Of a stretch of DNA of 64,000 nt, positions 22,951 through 31,263 are shown one piece after another. A program made the translations under genes and the position numbers. The notes below the pieces were generated by a model that ran no database searches, was not told the DNA's origin, and worked only from the letters and a program-made list of their open reading frames with translations. The stretch spans positions 44,174 through 108,173 of the forward strand of contig CAWDSS010000012.1 in the NCBI GenBank assembly GCA_963805065.1. The letters run 5' to 3'. The first letter of the stretch is position 1. The number at the start of each line of letters is the position of its first letter. This stretch comes from Candidatus Omnitrophota bacterium. GTDB taxonomy: Bacteria; Omnitrophota; Gorgyraeia; Gygaellales; Profunditerraquicolaceae.

Positions 22951-23877
22951 TCAGGCGAGAGCCAATTTGTAGCTTGACTCAATGGTTTTTATCAAATCCA
23001 GTAAAATTGAGTTTACAGGAGCGGGAATGCCTAATTCCTGGGCCTGGCGCACAATTACCCCATTTATAAAATCAATTTCCGTGCGCCTCTTTCTTAATAT
23101 ATCCTGAAGCATGGAAGATACGTTTGCACTTGTGGCCTCGCAAACCGCCTCAACTTTTGCCAGCGGGTCGTCATATATAAGCTTAATTTTCTTCCTCTTG
23201 GCGATTTTTGTTGCCTCTGTAACTGCATCCCGTAATATTTTTCTGGTGCCTTCAAATTCAAGCAGCTTTCCGTTATTCAGCCTGGTTATCCCGGTTAAAG
23301 CGTTTATACCCACATTGATGATTAACTTTGACCAAAGAATCCCTTTTATATCCTTTGATATCCTGGTTTCAAATCCTGCCTTGTTCAATATTTCGCGAAT
23401 GGAGCGCATTGAGGCGGGGATTTTGCCATCGAGGCGTCCGATTACTGTTTCTCCTCTGCCGGCATGCCTGACGTGGCCTGCGCCAAGCCAGGTAGCCCCT
23501 TCATTAGTTACGCCTCCGATTACTTTATCGCTGCCCACAACCTCACTAATAATTTCCACATTACCGATACCGTTTTGCAAAGTCAGTACCTGTGAATTTT
23601 GTGAAACCAGCCCACCTGCCAGCTTTATAGCTTCTTTTGTATCATAAGACTTTACGCAAATAATTATCAAATCAGCAATTCCAACTTGCGCCGGGTTAGC
23701 CGTAACGATAACTTGCGTCTTAATAGCCGATATTCCTTCTACAGTCAATCCTTGTTTGGATATAATTTCAGCGCGTTCCTTATTTTTGTCTAAAAGCCAG
23801 ATTTCTTCGCCAGTCTTTGCCAGCGATGCTGCCAGAAGAATTCCCATTGCACCCGGACCTACTATTACTATTTTCAT
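22951..23877 (-). CDS. panE: 2-dehydropantoate 2-reductase
   Basis: MKIVIVGPGAMG (Rossmann fold) and SMLQDILRKRRTEIDFINGV. I prefer the second ATG (23877), which has a GGAGG RBS, over the track start at 23889. Confidence 0.8.
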   Translation of the reverse strand: MKIVIVGPGAMGILLAASLAKTGEEIWLLDKNKERAEIISKQGLTVEGISAIKTQVIVTANPAQVGIADLIIICVKSYDTKEAIKLAGGLVSQNSQVLTLQNGIGNVEIISEVVGSDKVIGGVTNEGATWLGAGHVRHAGRGETVIGRLDGKIPASMRSIREILNKAGFETRISKDIKGILWSKLIINVGINALTGITRLNNGKLLEFEGTRKILRDAVTEATKIAKRKKIKLIYDDPLAKVEAVCEATSANVSSMLQDILRKRRTEIDFINGVIVRQAQELGIPAPVNSILLDLIKTIESSYKLALA

Positions 23878-23892
23878 CCTAACCTCCATAAT

Positions 23893-23955
23893 AAAAGGGG
23901 ACGTTTCTATTTTTCTTCTAATTAGGGAACGTTAAAAATAGAAACGTCCCCTTTT
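23893..23955. repeat. 64-bp palindromic element (GGGGACGTTTCTATTTTT arms), copy 1; probable bidirectional terminator after recO
   Basis: AAAAGGGGACGTTTCTATTTTT, a 19-nt loop, then AAAAATAGAAACGTCCCCTTTT. Confidence 0.8.
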
Positions 23956-23957
23956 AT

Positions 23958-24710
23958 TTAGACAGTAACTAATCTATTGAGTACTTTTTGAGATTTTAAT
24001 TCCCTTTCCAAATGAAAATTCAAAAACGCGTTTAATATTATATCCAGCTCTTTTTTTATCGCCGGATTCAACCCCAGTTTAAGGTTATTGGAGAAGTTGT
24101 TTTTTTCAATGTGCAGTATTGAGGCAATTGTGCCGTGAAAAATGTTACGGCTGCTTACGTCTTTAGAAAAGCACCCCTGGCAAAGCAGTCCCCCGAGTGC
24201 GAGGCTGAATTTCGTCTGGCCTAAGATCCTGTTGCCGCAGGAAACACAGGAATCAAAATGCGGCTTGAATCCGGAAAGCGCCAGCATCTTTATCTTAAAA
24301 ATAGTCATGATTTTATGCGCATTATTCGTTGTCCTTAATTCGCTAAGGCAGGTAAGAATCAGGTCAAACACCTCTTCGTTTTTATCTTCTACCGGCATAA
24401 CCGCGGCCACAAGCTCCATCATGTAACTGGCCATTGCGGATTTAATCATATCCATCCTGACAGCATCAAAATTATCCCTTGCATCAGCCTGGCTGACTAA
24501 ATGCAAAGAGGAGTTTATTTTCTTGTAAAATATGATTTCATTAAAAGAAAACGGCTCCACAGAACTTGCGAATTTCTTAGGCTCTGTCCTTATGCCTTTA
24601 AATATGCCGCTCATTTTGCCAAAATCCCGGGTGAAAAACTCGGCGATAAGCGAAGTCTCGCGGAAATCCATCCTTTTAATCACAAATGCCTCAGTTTTAT
24701 GTATGGGCAT
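23958..24710 (-). CDS. recO: DNA repair protein RecO
   Basis: 250 aa with an OB-fold N-terminus (EAFVIKRMDFRETSLI) and Zn-finger-like motifs CVSCGN...CQGC. Confidence 0.8.
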   Translation of the reverse strand: MPIHKTEAFVIKRMDFRETSLIAEFFTRDFGKMSGIFKGIRTEPKKFASSVEPFSFNEIIFYKKINSSLHLVSQADARDNFDAVRMDMIKSAMASYMMELVAAVMPVEDKNEEVFDLILTCLSELRTTNNAHKIMTIFKIKMLALSGFKPHFDSCVSCGNRILGQTKFSLALGGLLCQGCFSKDVSSRNIFHGTIASILHIEKNNFSNNLKLGLNPAIKKELDIILNAFLNFHLERELKSQKVLNRLVTV

Positions 24711-25116
24711 ATTTTCTTTCTCTCCTTCGCATTTCCAGTATTCCTTTTTTTGTGCTGTCGTTATACCCTAAAATATGCAGCATTCCGTGCACTGCGTATA
24801 AATCAAGTTCACAAGCGGGAGTTGTATTAAAAATTTTGGAATTTTTCACAGCCTCATCGGCAGATACGATAATTTCCGCAATTAAACTTTTATGGATACG
24901 GGGGTTACTTATATCAAAAACCAGGACATCGGTAGGAAGATCCCTATTTAGATATCTTTTGTTTAGCTCTTTTATAATTTTTTCGTTTACAAATGAGATG
25001 GTTATTTCACCGGATAATTTGGCGCCTTCAGCAGATAAGACTTTAAGAATTGTCTTTTTTATCCTTGTCGGATTGATGGGAATTTTCTTTTGGAAATTTT
25101 TTATGGTTATTTTCAC
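24697..25116 (-). CDS. ybeY: rRNA maturation RNase YbeY
   Basis: 139 aa with the metal site YAVHGMLHILGYND. Confidence 0.85.
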   Translation of the reverse strand: MKITIKNFQKKIPINPTRIKKTILKVLSAEGAKLSGEITISFVNEKIIKELNKRYLNRDLPTDVLVFDISNPRIHKSLIAEIIVSADEAVKNSKIFNTTPACELDLYAVHGMLHILGYNDSTKKGILEMRRRERKYAHT

Positions 25117-26434
25117 TTCTTGATTCTTCGGGATAAATTATACGGCTGTGGTATATACCGCTTAATATCCTGATAAAAACAGCAGAGATTTTTTCCAGGT
25201 CTTTCAGTGTAAGATCGCATTCATCGAGCTGGCCTTCAATAAACTTATTGTTAATTACCTTGTGGACCATTTCTTCTATCTTGGAAGGAGTGGGGTCCTT
25301 TAGAGAACGGGTTGCTGCCTCAACAGAATCAGCCAGCAAGACTATTGCCGTTTCTTTTGTGTCCGGCTTTGGGCCGGGATACCTGTAAACATCCTCTTTT
25401 ACTTCCTGGTTTTCATCCAGGTTTTCCAGCGCTCGTCGGTAAAAATAAAATACCAAGCCTGTGCCGTGATGTTTCTGGATAAAATCGATCAAAGCCGGAT
25501 GCAGTTTATATTTTCTGGCTAGTTCCACGCCTTCTTTAACATGGTTCATGATGATAAGCTTGCTCATTGCCGGTGATAGTGAATCGTGCTTATTTTCCTT
25601 AATATACTGGTTCTCGCCGAAATAATCAGGCTTAGAAAGCTTGCCAATGTCATGATAATATGCCCCAATCCGCGCTAACAGCGCATTTGCACCCACGCAT
25701 TGACAAGCGCTTTCGCATAAATTGCCCACCATTAAGCTGTGATGATAAGTTCCCGGGGCCTCTAATATTAAACGCTGCAGCAGAGGATGGTCAAAATCTG
25801 CCAATTCTAATAAACTTATATTGGTAAACGTCTTAAACAAATATTCAAATACCGGCAAAACCCCCAGGACAATAATACTCGTAGCAAGGCCATTTAAAAC
25901 AAGGACAATATACCTGTTAGGCATTCCTATCCAAAACCGCTCAATTAGAATCAGGGATAATGCCTGGATAATGCCCGTAATAAATCCTGCGCGTATAATG
26001 GTCATGCGTTTACGTGCGCCCTGGGCCAAAATAATAGAAAATACACCACTTATCAAAAACAACAAAAGCAAGACAAAGGGAGTATTTGAAAGCGAGGCAA
26101 CAGCGATAGAAACCGCAAGCGTAATTAAAAAGGAGGTTCCTAATTTATTAAACAAAAGAATGGAAAGCATGGGGATAAAAGCAAAAGGTAGGTAATAAAT
26201 CGAGCCTCCCTGCCTAATGATGAAATAAGAATAGACGAAAATAATCAGAAATAAAAGCAAGGTATAAAGCGTGTTTAAGTTTAGCCTTCTAAAGTTAGCG
26301 TATACATATAAACAAATCAAAAGTAATGCAACAGCCAGATTTACGCGAAGGATAAAACTTAAAATGAAGGCTATCGCCGACCAGAAAATGAATACTAAGA
26401 TATTTTTAACGCCCGCTTTTATCATAAGCCTCAA
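25043..26434 (-). CDS. 7TM-HD (HDIG) membrane phosphohydrolase, PgpH/YqfF-like
   Basis: 463 aa with multiple TM helices followed by HHSLMVGNL...GAYYHDIGK (HD domain). It sits in the conserved phoH-pgpH-ybeY context. Confidence 0.8.
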   Translation of the reverse strand: MRLMIKAGVKNILVFIFWSAIAFILSFILRVNLAVALLLICLYVYANFRRLNLNTLYTLLLFLIIFVYSYFIIRQGGSIYYLPFAFIPMLSILLFNKLGTSFLITLAVSIAVASLSNTPFVLLLLFLISGVFSIILAQGARKRMTIIRAGFITGIIQALSLILIERFWIGMPNRYIVLVLNGLATSIIVLGVLPVFEYLFKTFTNISLLELADFDHPLLQRLILEAPGTYHHSLMVGNLCESACQCVGANALLARIGAYYHDIGKLSKPDYFGENQYIKENKHDSLSPAMSKLIIMNHVKEGVELARKYKLHPALIDFIQKHHGTGLVFYFYRRALENLDENQEVKEDVYRYPGPKPDTKETAIVLLADSVEAATRSLKDPTPSKIEEMVHKVINNKFIEGQLDECDLTLKDLEKISAVFIRILSGIYHSRIIYPEESRSENNHKKFPKENSHQSDKDKKDNS

Positions 26435-27353
26435 TAATCCTTTGTACTAACGCATGCCTTACCACATCAGATCCGCTGAAATAAACGAATTTTATGCCCT
26501 CAATGTCCTTAAGGATGTCCTGCGCCTGAAGTAAGCCAATGGGTTTTCCGTCCGGAAGGTCGCTTTGCGTCAGGTCTCCGGTAATCACCGCCTTTGAATC
26601 AAAGCCCAGGCGGGTTAAAAACATTTTCATCTGCTCTGCTGTGCAATTTTGCGCCTCATCTAAGATGATCAACGCGTCGTTTAATGTCCTTCCTCTCATA
26701 TATGCCAGCGGCACAACTTCAATAATGCCGGTTTCCAGGTATTTTTCAATGCGTTCAGCATCCATCATATCATATAGCGCATCATAAAGAGGCCGAAGGT
26801 AGGGTGAAATTTTTTCTGAAATATCCCCCGGGAGAAACCCCAATGATTCACCGGCTTCTATAGCCGGCCTGGTGAGGATGATCCTACGTACCTCCTGTTT
26901 TTTCAAAGACTCTACAGCGCAGGCCATAGCCAGATACGTTTTTCCTGTCCCCGCAGGCCCGATTCCGAATACGATATCATGCTGTCTTATTGCTTCCACG
27001 TATTCGCGTTGGCCTTTGGTTTTTGGGCCGACGTGCTTACCTGCTGATACTGGAGAAATTGTTTCCTGTGTATTTAAGGGAGGGATAGTATCCTGCCTCT
27101 TAAAATTCTTTAACAGATAATTAAAATCCGCTTCTCCAATGCCTGTTTGGCCTGACCTTATCGCAGCGAGAATGTATTCTATCAGGTTTTTAGCCTTATT
27201 GATATTGGCCGACGTGCCGCTTATTTCCAAATGCTCCCCGCGAAGATTCAGCTTGACCCTGTATTCCTTTTCGATTTTTTTAAGGCTGCCGTCGTGAGGG
27301 CCAAAAAGCGCCTGCGCTTCCTCATGTGTTTCTAATTTTACGCCTTTTTTCAT
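26406..27353 (-). CDS. phoH: PhoH-like ATPase
   Basis: Walker A GPAGTGKTYLA and ILDEAQN. I place the start at MKKGVKLETHEEAQALFG (27353); the track's TTG start at 27422 would translate a repeat element. Confidence 0.85.
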   Translation of the reverse strand: MKKGVKLETHEEAQALFGPHDGSLKKIEKEYRVKLNLRGEHLEISGTSANINKAKNLIEYILAAIRSGQTGIGEADFNYLLKNFKRQDTIPPLNTQETISPVSAGKHVGPKTKGQREYVEAIRQHDIVFGIGPAGTGKTYLAMACAVESLKKQEVRRIILTRPAIEAGESLGFLPGDISEKISPYLRPLYDALYDMMDAERIEKYLETGIIEVVPLAYMRGRTLNDALIILDEAQNCTAEQMKMFLTRLGFDSKAVITGDLTQSDLPDGKPIGLLQAQDILKDIEGIKFVYFSGSDVVRHALVQRIIEAYDKSGR

Positions 27354-27370
27354 TTTGAATGGATATGAAT

Positions 27371-27474
27371 TAGATCCTTGCCACGAATTCGATGACATGC
27401 AATTCTGAACCTTTCGTGTCAAGGATAAGTTCGTGCATACAATTTATGTCACTTACGTTCCATAAATTGTGCAC
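27371..27474 (-). repeat. two-hairpin leader element, copy 1 (upstream of phoH)
   Basis: ATCCTTGCCACG-29 nt-CGTGTCAAGGAT plus the hairpin GTGCATACAATTTATG...CATAAATTGTGCAC. It is homologous to 44684-44790. Confidence 0.7.
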
Positions 27475-28029
27475 TTACTTAAGGTTCTTTTCTGTCTCTT
27501 TCAGGCTTTCTTTTTCAACGGGAACATTGATGACTTGGCCTCGGTATATTTTATTAGGGCCTTTCATTGTATCTTTATTGGCTTCGTAAATCCGCTTCCA
27601 TTTCTTAGTAGTACCATAATATTTTTTAGAAATCTTCTGAAGGGTATCGCCCTTTTGCACCGTATACTTTTCAGTAGCGTAGGGCTCTGCTATTTCTGGC
27701 GAAACGCTTGAGGTAATGTAGCCTTTATTACCGCTAGTTTGCTCTTCGTTTTCTAACATGGGAGATGTGGTTTCAATCTTTGTTGGTTTAGGCGCTTTTT
27801 CGAATCTTAAAGGTGAATGCAGTTCTATCTCTACGACTTGTGTTGTGCGTGTAGATTTTCTTTCTTTTACCTCTTCTGCTGGAGCCTGGCCCTGGATATA
27901 ACCGCGGTTACCGGTTAAATCCTGGTCAATCCTGTCTTTGGTAACCGGGTATGACCTGACTACGCAACCTGCTAAAACAAATGCAAAAATAACTGCTCCT
28001 GACAACAAAAACAAATCTTGCCTTTTCAT
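27475..28029 (-). CDS. LysM-domain lipoprotein
   Basis: 184 aa with a lipobox (VLAGC) and a C-terminal LysM domain (YTVQKGDTLQKISKKYYGTTKKWKRIYEANK...). Confidence 0.75.
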   Translation of the reverse strand: MKRQDLFLLSGAVIFAFVLAGCVVRSYPVTKDRIDQDLTGNRGYIQGQAPAEEVKERKSTRTTQVVEIELHSPLRFEKAPKPTKIETTSPMLENEEQTSGNKGYITSSVSPEIAEPYATEKYTVQKGDTLQKISKKYYGTTKKWKRIYEANKDTMKGPNKIYRGQVINVPVEKESLKETEKNLK

Positions 28030-29423
28030 TTCATTTCCCTCCCTTTCCTGATGGTTAAATTTAATTCTTTTAATTGTTTTTCATCTACTTCTGAAGGCGC
28101 GCCTGTTAGGGGACAAATACCAGCACTCGTCTTGGGAAAGGTAATGACTTCCCTGATGCTGTCTTCCCGGGAAATTATCGCCAAAAGTCTGTCCAAGCCG
28201 AAAGCAACACCACCATGAGGCGGCGCACCGAACTGAAAAGCTTCCAATAAGAAACCGAAACGCCTTCTTGCATCCTCCTTTTCTATGCCGATAATTTTAA
28301 AGATTTTTTCCTGTAATTCCTGGTTATGGATTCTTATGGAACCAGAACCAATCTCCATTCCGTTTAACACCAAATCATAGGAACGCGATTTTACTTTATC
28401 AGGAGACTTTTCCAGGATATCTAAATCCTGCTGCCTGGGAGACGTAAACGGGTGATGCTCGCTTTCCCAGCGCTTTTCTTCTGCGTTGTATTTGAATAAA
28501 GGAAAGTCAGTAACCCAGACAAAAGCGAATTCAGATTTTAATTCCGGGCGTAAATCAGGTTTATCGGAATTATATTTTTTCTGCGCCTCATCGAATGTAA
28601 TTCTGGGAAAGGGAATTTTGATTTCAACACCTCTTAATTCTTTTAACACTAATTGCATCAGTTGTTCAGTTAAGGAAAAAATGTCCTCTTCGTTAACAAA
28701 AGACATTTCTAAATCTAATTGCGTGAATTCAGGCTGGCGGTCAGCGCGCAAATCCTCATCCCTGAAACATTTGGCGATTTGATAGTATTTTTCGATTCCC
28801 GATACCATTAAAATCTGCTTAAATAACTGCGGCGACTGCGGAAGGGCATAAAAATCACCGGGATTAAGCCTTGAAGGCACCAGGTAATCGCGTGCTCCTT
28901 CAGGCGTAGATTTTGTAAGTATAGGGGTCTCACACTCTATAAACCCCAACGGGCCTAAATAATTTCGGATAACTTTATAAAGGTCGCTCCTTAATACTAA
29001 ATTATTAAATACCTTCTTTCTTCTTAAGTCTAGGTAGCGGTACTTAAGCCGCATCTCCTCGCCGATATCCACTTCTTCCAGTATTTCAAAAGGCGGATTT
29101 AAACTAGGGTTTAATATTTCCAATTCTTTCGCGAGTATTTCAATTTCACCGGTTGGCAACTTGGGATTAACAGTGCCTTTAGGCCGGTTGTTAACCGTAC
29201 CCTTGATCTTAATTACAAATTCACTCCTTAAATCCTGTGCCAATTTGTAAGCCTCTCCCGATTCCTTGGGTATAAAAACAACCTGGGTGAGCCCGTATCT
29301 ATCCCTTATATCAATAAATATAAGCTTTCCATGGTCCCTGCGAGTGGCTACCCAACCGCAGAGAGTTACCTCTTTGCCGACATCGTTAGCAGTTAACTGG
29401 CCGCAAGTATGAGTTCGTAACAT
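28026..29423 (-). CDS. aspS: aspartate--tRNA ligase, bacterial-type but lacking the GAD insertion domain
   Basis: 465 aa with MLRTHTCGQL...GWVATRRDHGKLIFIDIRDRYG, motif 2 (FRDEDLRADRQPEFTQLD) and GGVAFGLDR. SDKPDLRPELKSEFAFVWVTDFPLF joins directly where E. coli AspRS carries about 130 aa. Confidence 0.85.
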   Translation of the reverse strand: MLRTHTCGQLTANDVGKEVTLCGWVATRRDHGKLIFIDIRDRYGLTQVVFIPKESGEAYKLAQDLRSEFVIKIKGTVNNRPKGTVNPKLPTGEIEILAKELEILNPSLNPPFEILEEVDIGEEMRLKYRYLDLRRKKVFNNLVLRSDLYKVIRNYLGPLGFIECETPILTKSTPEGARDYLVPSRLNPGDFYALPQSPQLFKQILMVSGIEKYYQIAKCFRDEDLRADRQPEFTQLDLEMSFVNEEDIFSLTEQLMQLVLKELRGVEIKIPFPRITFDEAQKKYNSDKPDLRPELKSEFAFVWVTDFPLFKYNAEEKRWESEHHPFTSPRQQDLDILEKSPDKVKSRSYDLVLNGMEIGSGSIRIHNQELQEKIFKIIGIEKEDARRRFGFLLEAFQFGAPPHGGVAFGLDRLLAIISREDSIREVITFPKTSAGICPLTGAPSEVDEKQLKELNLTIRKGREMK

Positions 29424-29457
29424 ATTAACCTCGATTGAATAAATTCAAAACGTAAAT

Positions 29458-29521
29458 AAAAGGGGACGTTTCTATTTTTAACGTTTCCTAATCAAAAGGA
29501 AAAATAGAAACGTCCCCTTTT
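29458..29521. repeat. 64-bp palindromic element, copy 2 (after hisS); loop in the opposite orientation to copy 1
   Basis: Arms are identical to copy 1. The loop AACGTTTCCTAATCAAAAGG is approximately the reverse complement of the copy-1 loop. Confidence 0.8.
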
Positions 29522-30753
29522 ATTAACTCATCTATAATATTACCTATTTTAACCTCTCTTTGTTCCCCTGAAATCATATCTTTCAACGTTACTACACCTT
29601 TTTTTAATTCGTCTTCGCCTAATATTAAAACAAATTTAGCTTTTAAATTATTGGCGGAGCGTAAGGCACCTTTAAGTGACTTTCCTTCATAATCGGTATC
29701 ACAAGCAATGCCTTTATTACGTAAGGTCATCAACAAATTTATTCCGGATTTTTTTGCCTCATCTCCCAAAGTTATCAAATAGACTAAGCCTTCAAGTGGC
29801 GCCTGCGGTGTACTACGGGAAACTAACAATAACCTTTCTACGCCAAAAGCAAATCCTATTGCTCCCACATCCGGCCCTCCTAATTCCTTGACCAGATTAT
29901 CGTACCTGCCTCCTGCGCCAATAGCATCCTGCGCCCCTAAATCAGGATGTGCAATCTCAAAAACAGTGCGGGTATAATAATCTAAGCCGCGGACCAGCCG
30001 AGGGCTAACTTCATAATTAATATTCAATGCATCCAGTCCTGATTTTACTTTATCAAAATGAGACTGGCAATCTGCACAAAGAAAGTTCTTACCAATATCT
30101 AATTTATTGACCACTTCCACACAGGCTGCATTTTTACAATCCAGGACCCTGAAAACATTGGTCTTGAATCTTAGATTGCAGTCATCGCAGAGTTTATTTA
30201 ACTTACCCTTAATTGCGTTACGTAATATCGCAGATAATTCCTTTTTGTCTTTGGCACACCCCAGGTTATTTATTTTAATTTTGTAACCACTAATAGAGAA
30301 ATTTCTAAGCAAGGTATCGGCAAGCGATATAATTTCCACATCCAAATTTGCGTCTGCTGAGCCTATGGCCTCACAGCCGATATGATGAAATTGACGCAGC
30401 CTGCCCTTTTGAGGCCTCTCCAGCCGAAACATAGGGCCCAAATAATATAATTTTAGGAACCCGCTGGTTTTATCCAGATTATTTTCGATGTAGGCGCGTA
30501 CGATAGAAGCCGTGCCTTCCGGCCGTAAAGCATATAAATCCTCTTTATTATGGAAGAGAAACATCTGTTTTTGCACTATTTCCGTGGATTCGCCAAGAGA
30601 GCGGTTGAATAAAGAGGCGTCTTCAATTAAAGGCGTGCGTATTTCACTATAGTTAAACCGAGAAAAAACATTGCGGCTTATTTCTTCTAGCTCCTGCCAA
30701 AGAAAGGCTTCTTCAGGCAGGATATCTTTTGTCCCGGGAACTCGTTTAAACAT
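29488..30753 (-). CDS. hisS: histidine--tRNA ligase
   Basis: 421 aa with GTKDILPEE, ALRPEGTASIVRAY, FRLERPQKGRLRQFHHIG and GGGRYD. The last codons run into a palindromic repeat. Confidence 0.9.
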   Translation of the reverse strand: MFKRVPGTKDILPEEAFLWQELEEISRNVFSRFNYSEIRTPLIEDASLFNRSLGESTEIVQKQMFLFHNKEDLYALRPEGTASIVRAYIENNLDKTSGFLKLYYLGPMFRLERPQKGRLRQFHHIGCEAIGSADANLDVEIISLADTLLRNFSISGYKIKINNLGCAKDKKELSAILRNAIKGKLNKLCDDCNLRFKTNVFRVLDCKNAACVEVVNKLDIGKNFLCADCQSHFDKVKSGLDALNINYEVSPRLVRGLDYYTRTVFEIAHPDLGAQDAIGAGGRYDNLVKELGGPDVGAIGFAFGVERLLLVSRSTPQAPLEGLVYLITLGDEAKKSGINLLMTLRNKGIACDTDYEGKSLKGALRSANNLKAKFVLILGEDELKKGVVTLKDMISGEQREVKIGNIIDELIKGDVSIFPFD

Positions 30754-30816
30754 AATATGAATTTATAATAATAAGGCTAAAAAATAATTTTGTCTTTTTG
30801 GTTTAGCGGATTCGGG

Positions 30817-31089
30817 TTACTTTACTTTTTGCTTCATTTCTAAGCCGGCTTTAAAGACTACTACTTTTCTGGGAGGGACAGGGATTACTTGATTAGTGCG
30901 AGGATTTCTGCCTGTGCGGCTTTTTCTCTGCTTTATCTTAAAAACTCCGAAATTACGTAATTCAATCTTTTCCCCTCTTATTAAAGCTTCCACAATGCAA
31001 TCAAATGTTTTCTGCACGACCTTCTTTACGTCAATCTGCTTTATACCGGTTTCATCTGACACCTTTAAAATGATATCTTTTTTAGTCAT
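30817..31089 (-). CDS. hup: HU/IHF-family DNA-binding protein
   Basis: 90 aa with ELRNFGVFKIKQRKSRTGRNPRT. Confidence 0.85.
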   Translation of the reverse strand: MTKKDIILKVSDETGIKQIDVKKVVQKTFDCIVEALIRGEKIELRNFGVFKIKQRKSRTGRNPRTNQVIPVPPRKVVVFKAGLEMKQKVK

Positions 31090-31112
31090 TATGCCACCTC
31101 CGTTTGCTAACT

Positions 31113-31141
31113 ATAATAACACCAAAAATTTACGAAGTCAA
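31113..31141 (-). promoter_or_regulatory. hup sigma-70 promoter
   Basis: Minus strand reads TTGACT, a 17-nt spacer, then TATTAT. Confidence 0.6.
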
Positions 31142-31197
31142 GAAAAACTTTCATTAATGAAAGTTTTTCTTGATTTTGGGACAATGTGGCCCAAAAT
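31139..31197 (-). promoter_or_regulatory. paired palindromes upstream of and overlapping the hup -35 box (module shared with groESL)
   Basis: A perfect 34-nt palindrome, CAAGAAAAACTTTCATTAATGAAAGTTTTTCTTG, followed by ATTTTGGGACAATGTGGCCCAAAAT. Confidence 0.4.
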
Positions 31198-31263
31198 CTT
31201 ATTCAGCAATGAATTTTTCCCTTAGGGGACACCCTGCCGATTGATTTCAAGGGTGTCCCTGGA

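Noticed and set aside
27354-27422. The N-terminal extension of PhoH (track start at 27422: MTRKVQNCMSSNSWQGSNSYPFK...).
   Set aside because: It uses a TTG start and translates the shared palindromic leader element. PhoH homologs begin near MKKG...LFG, so the ATG at 27353 is preferred.
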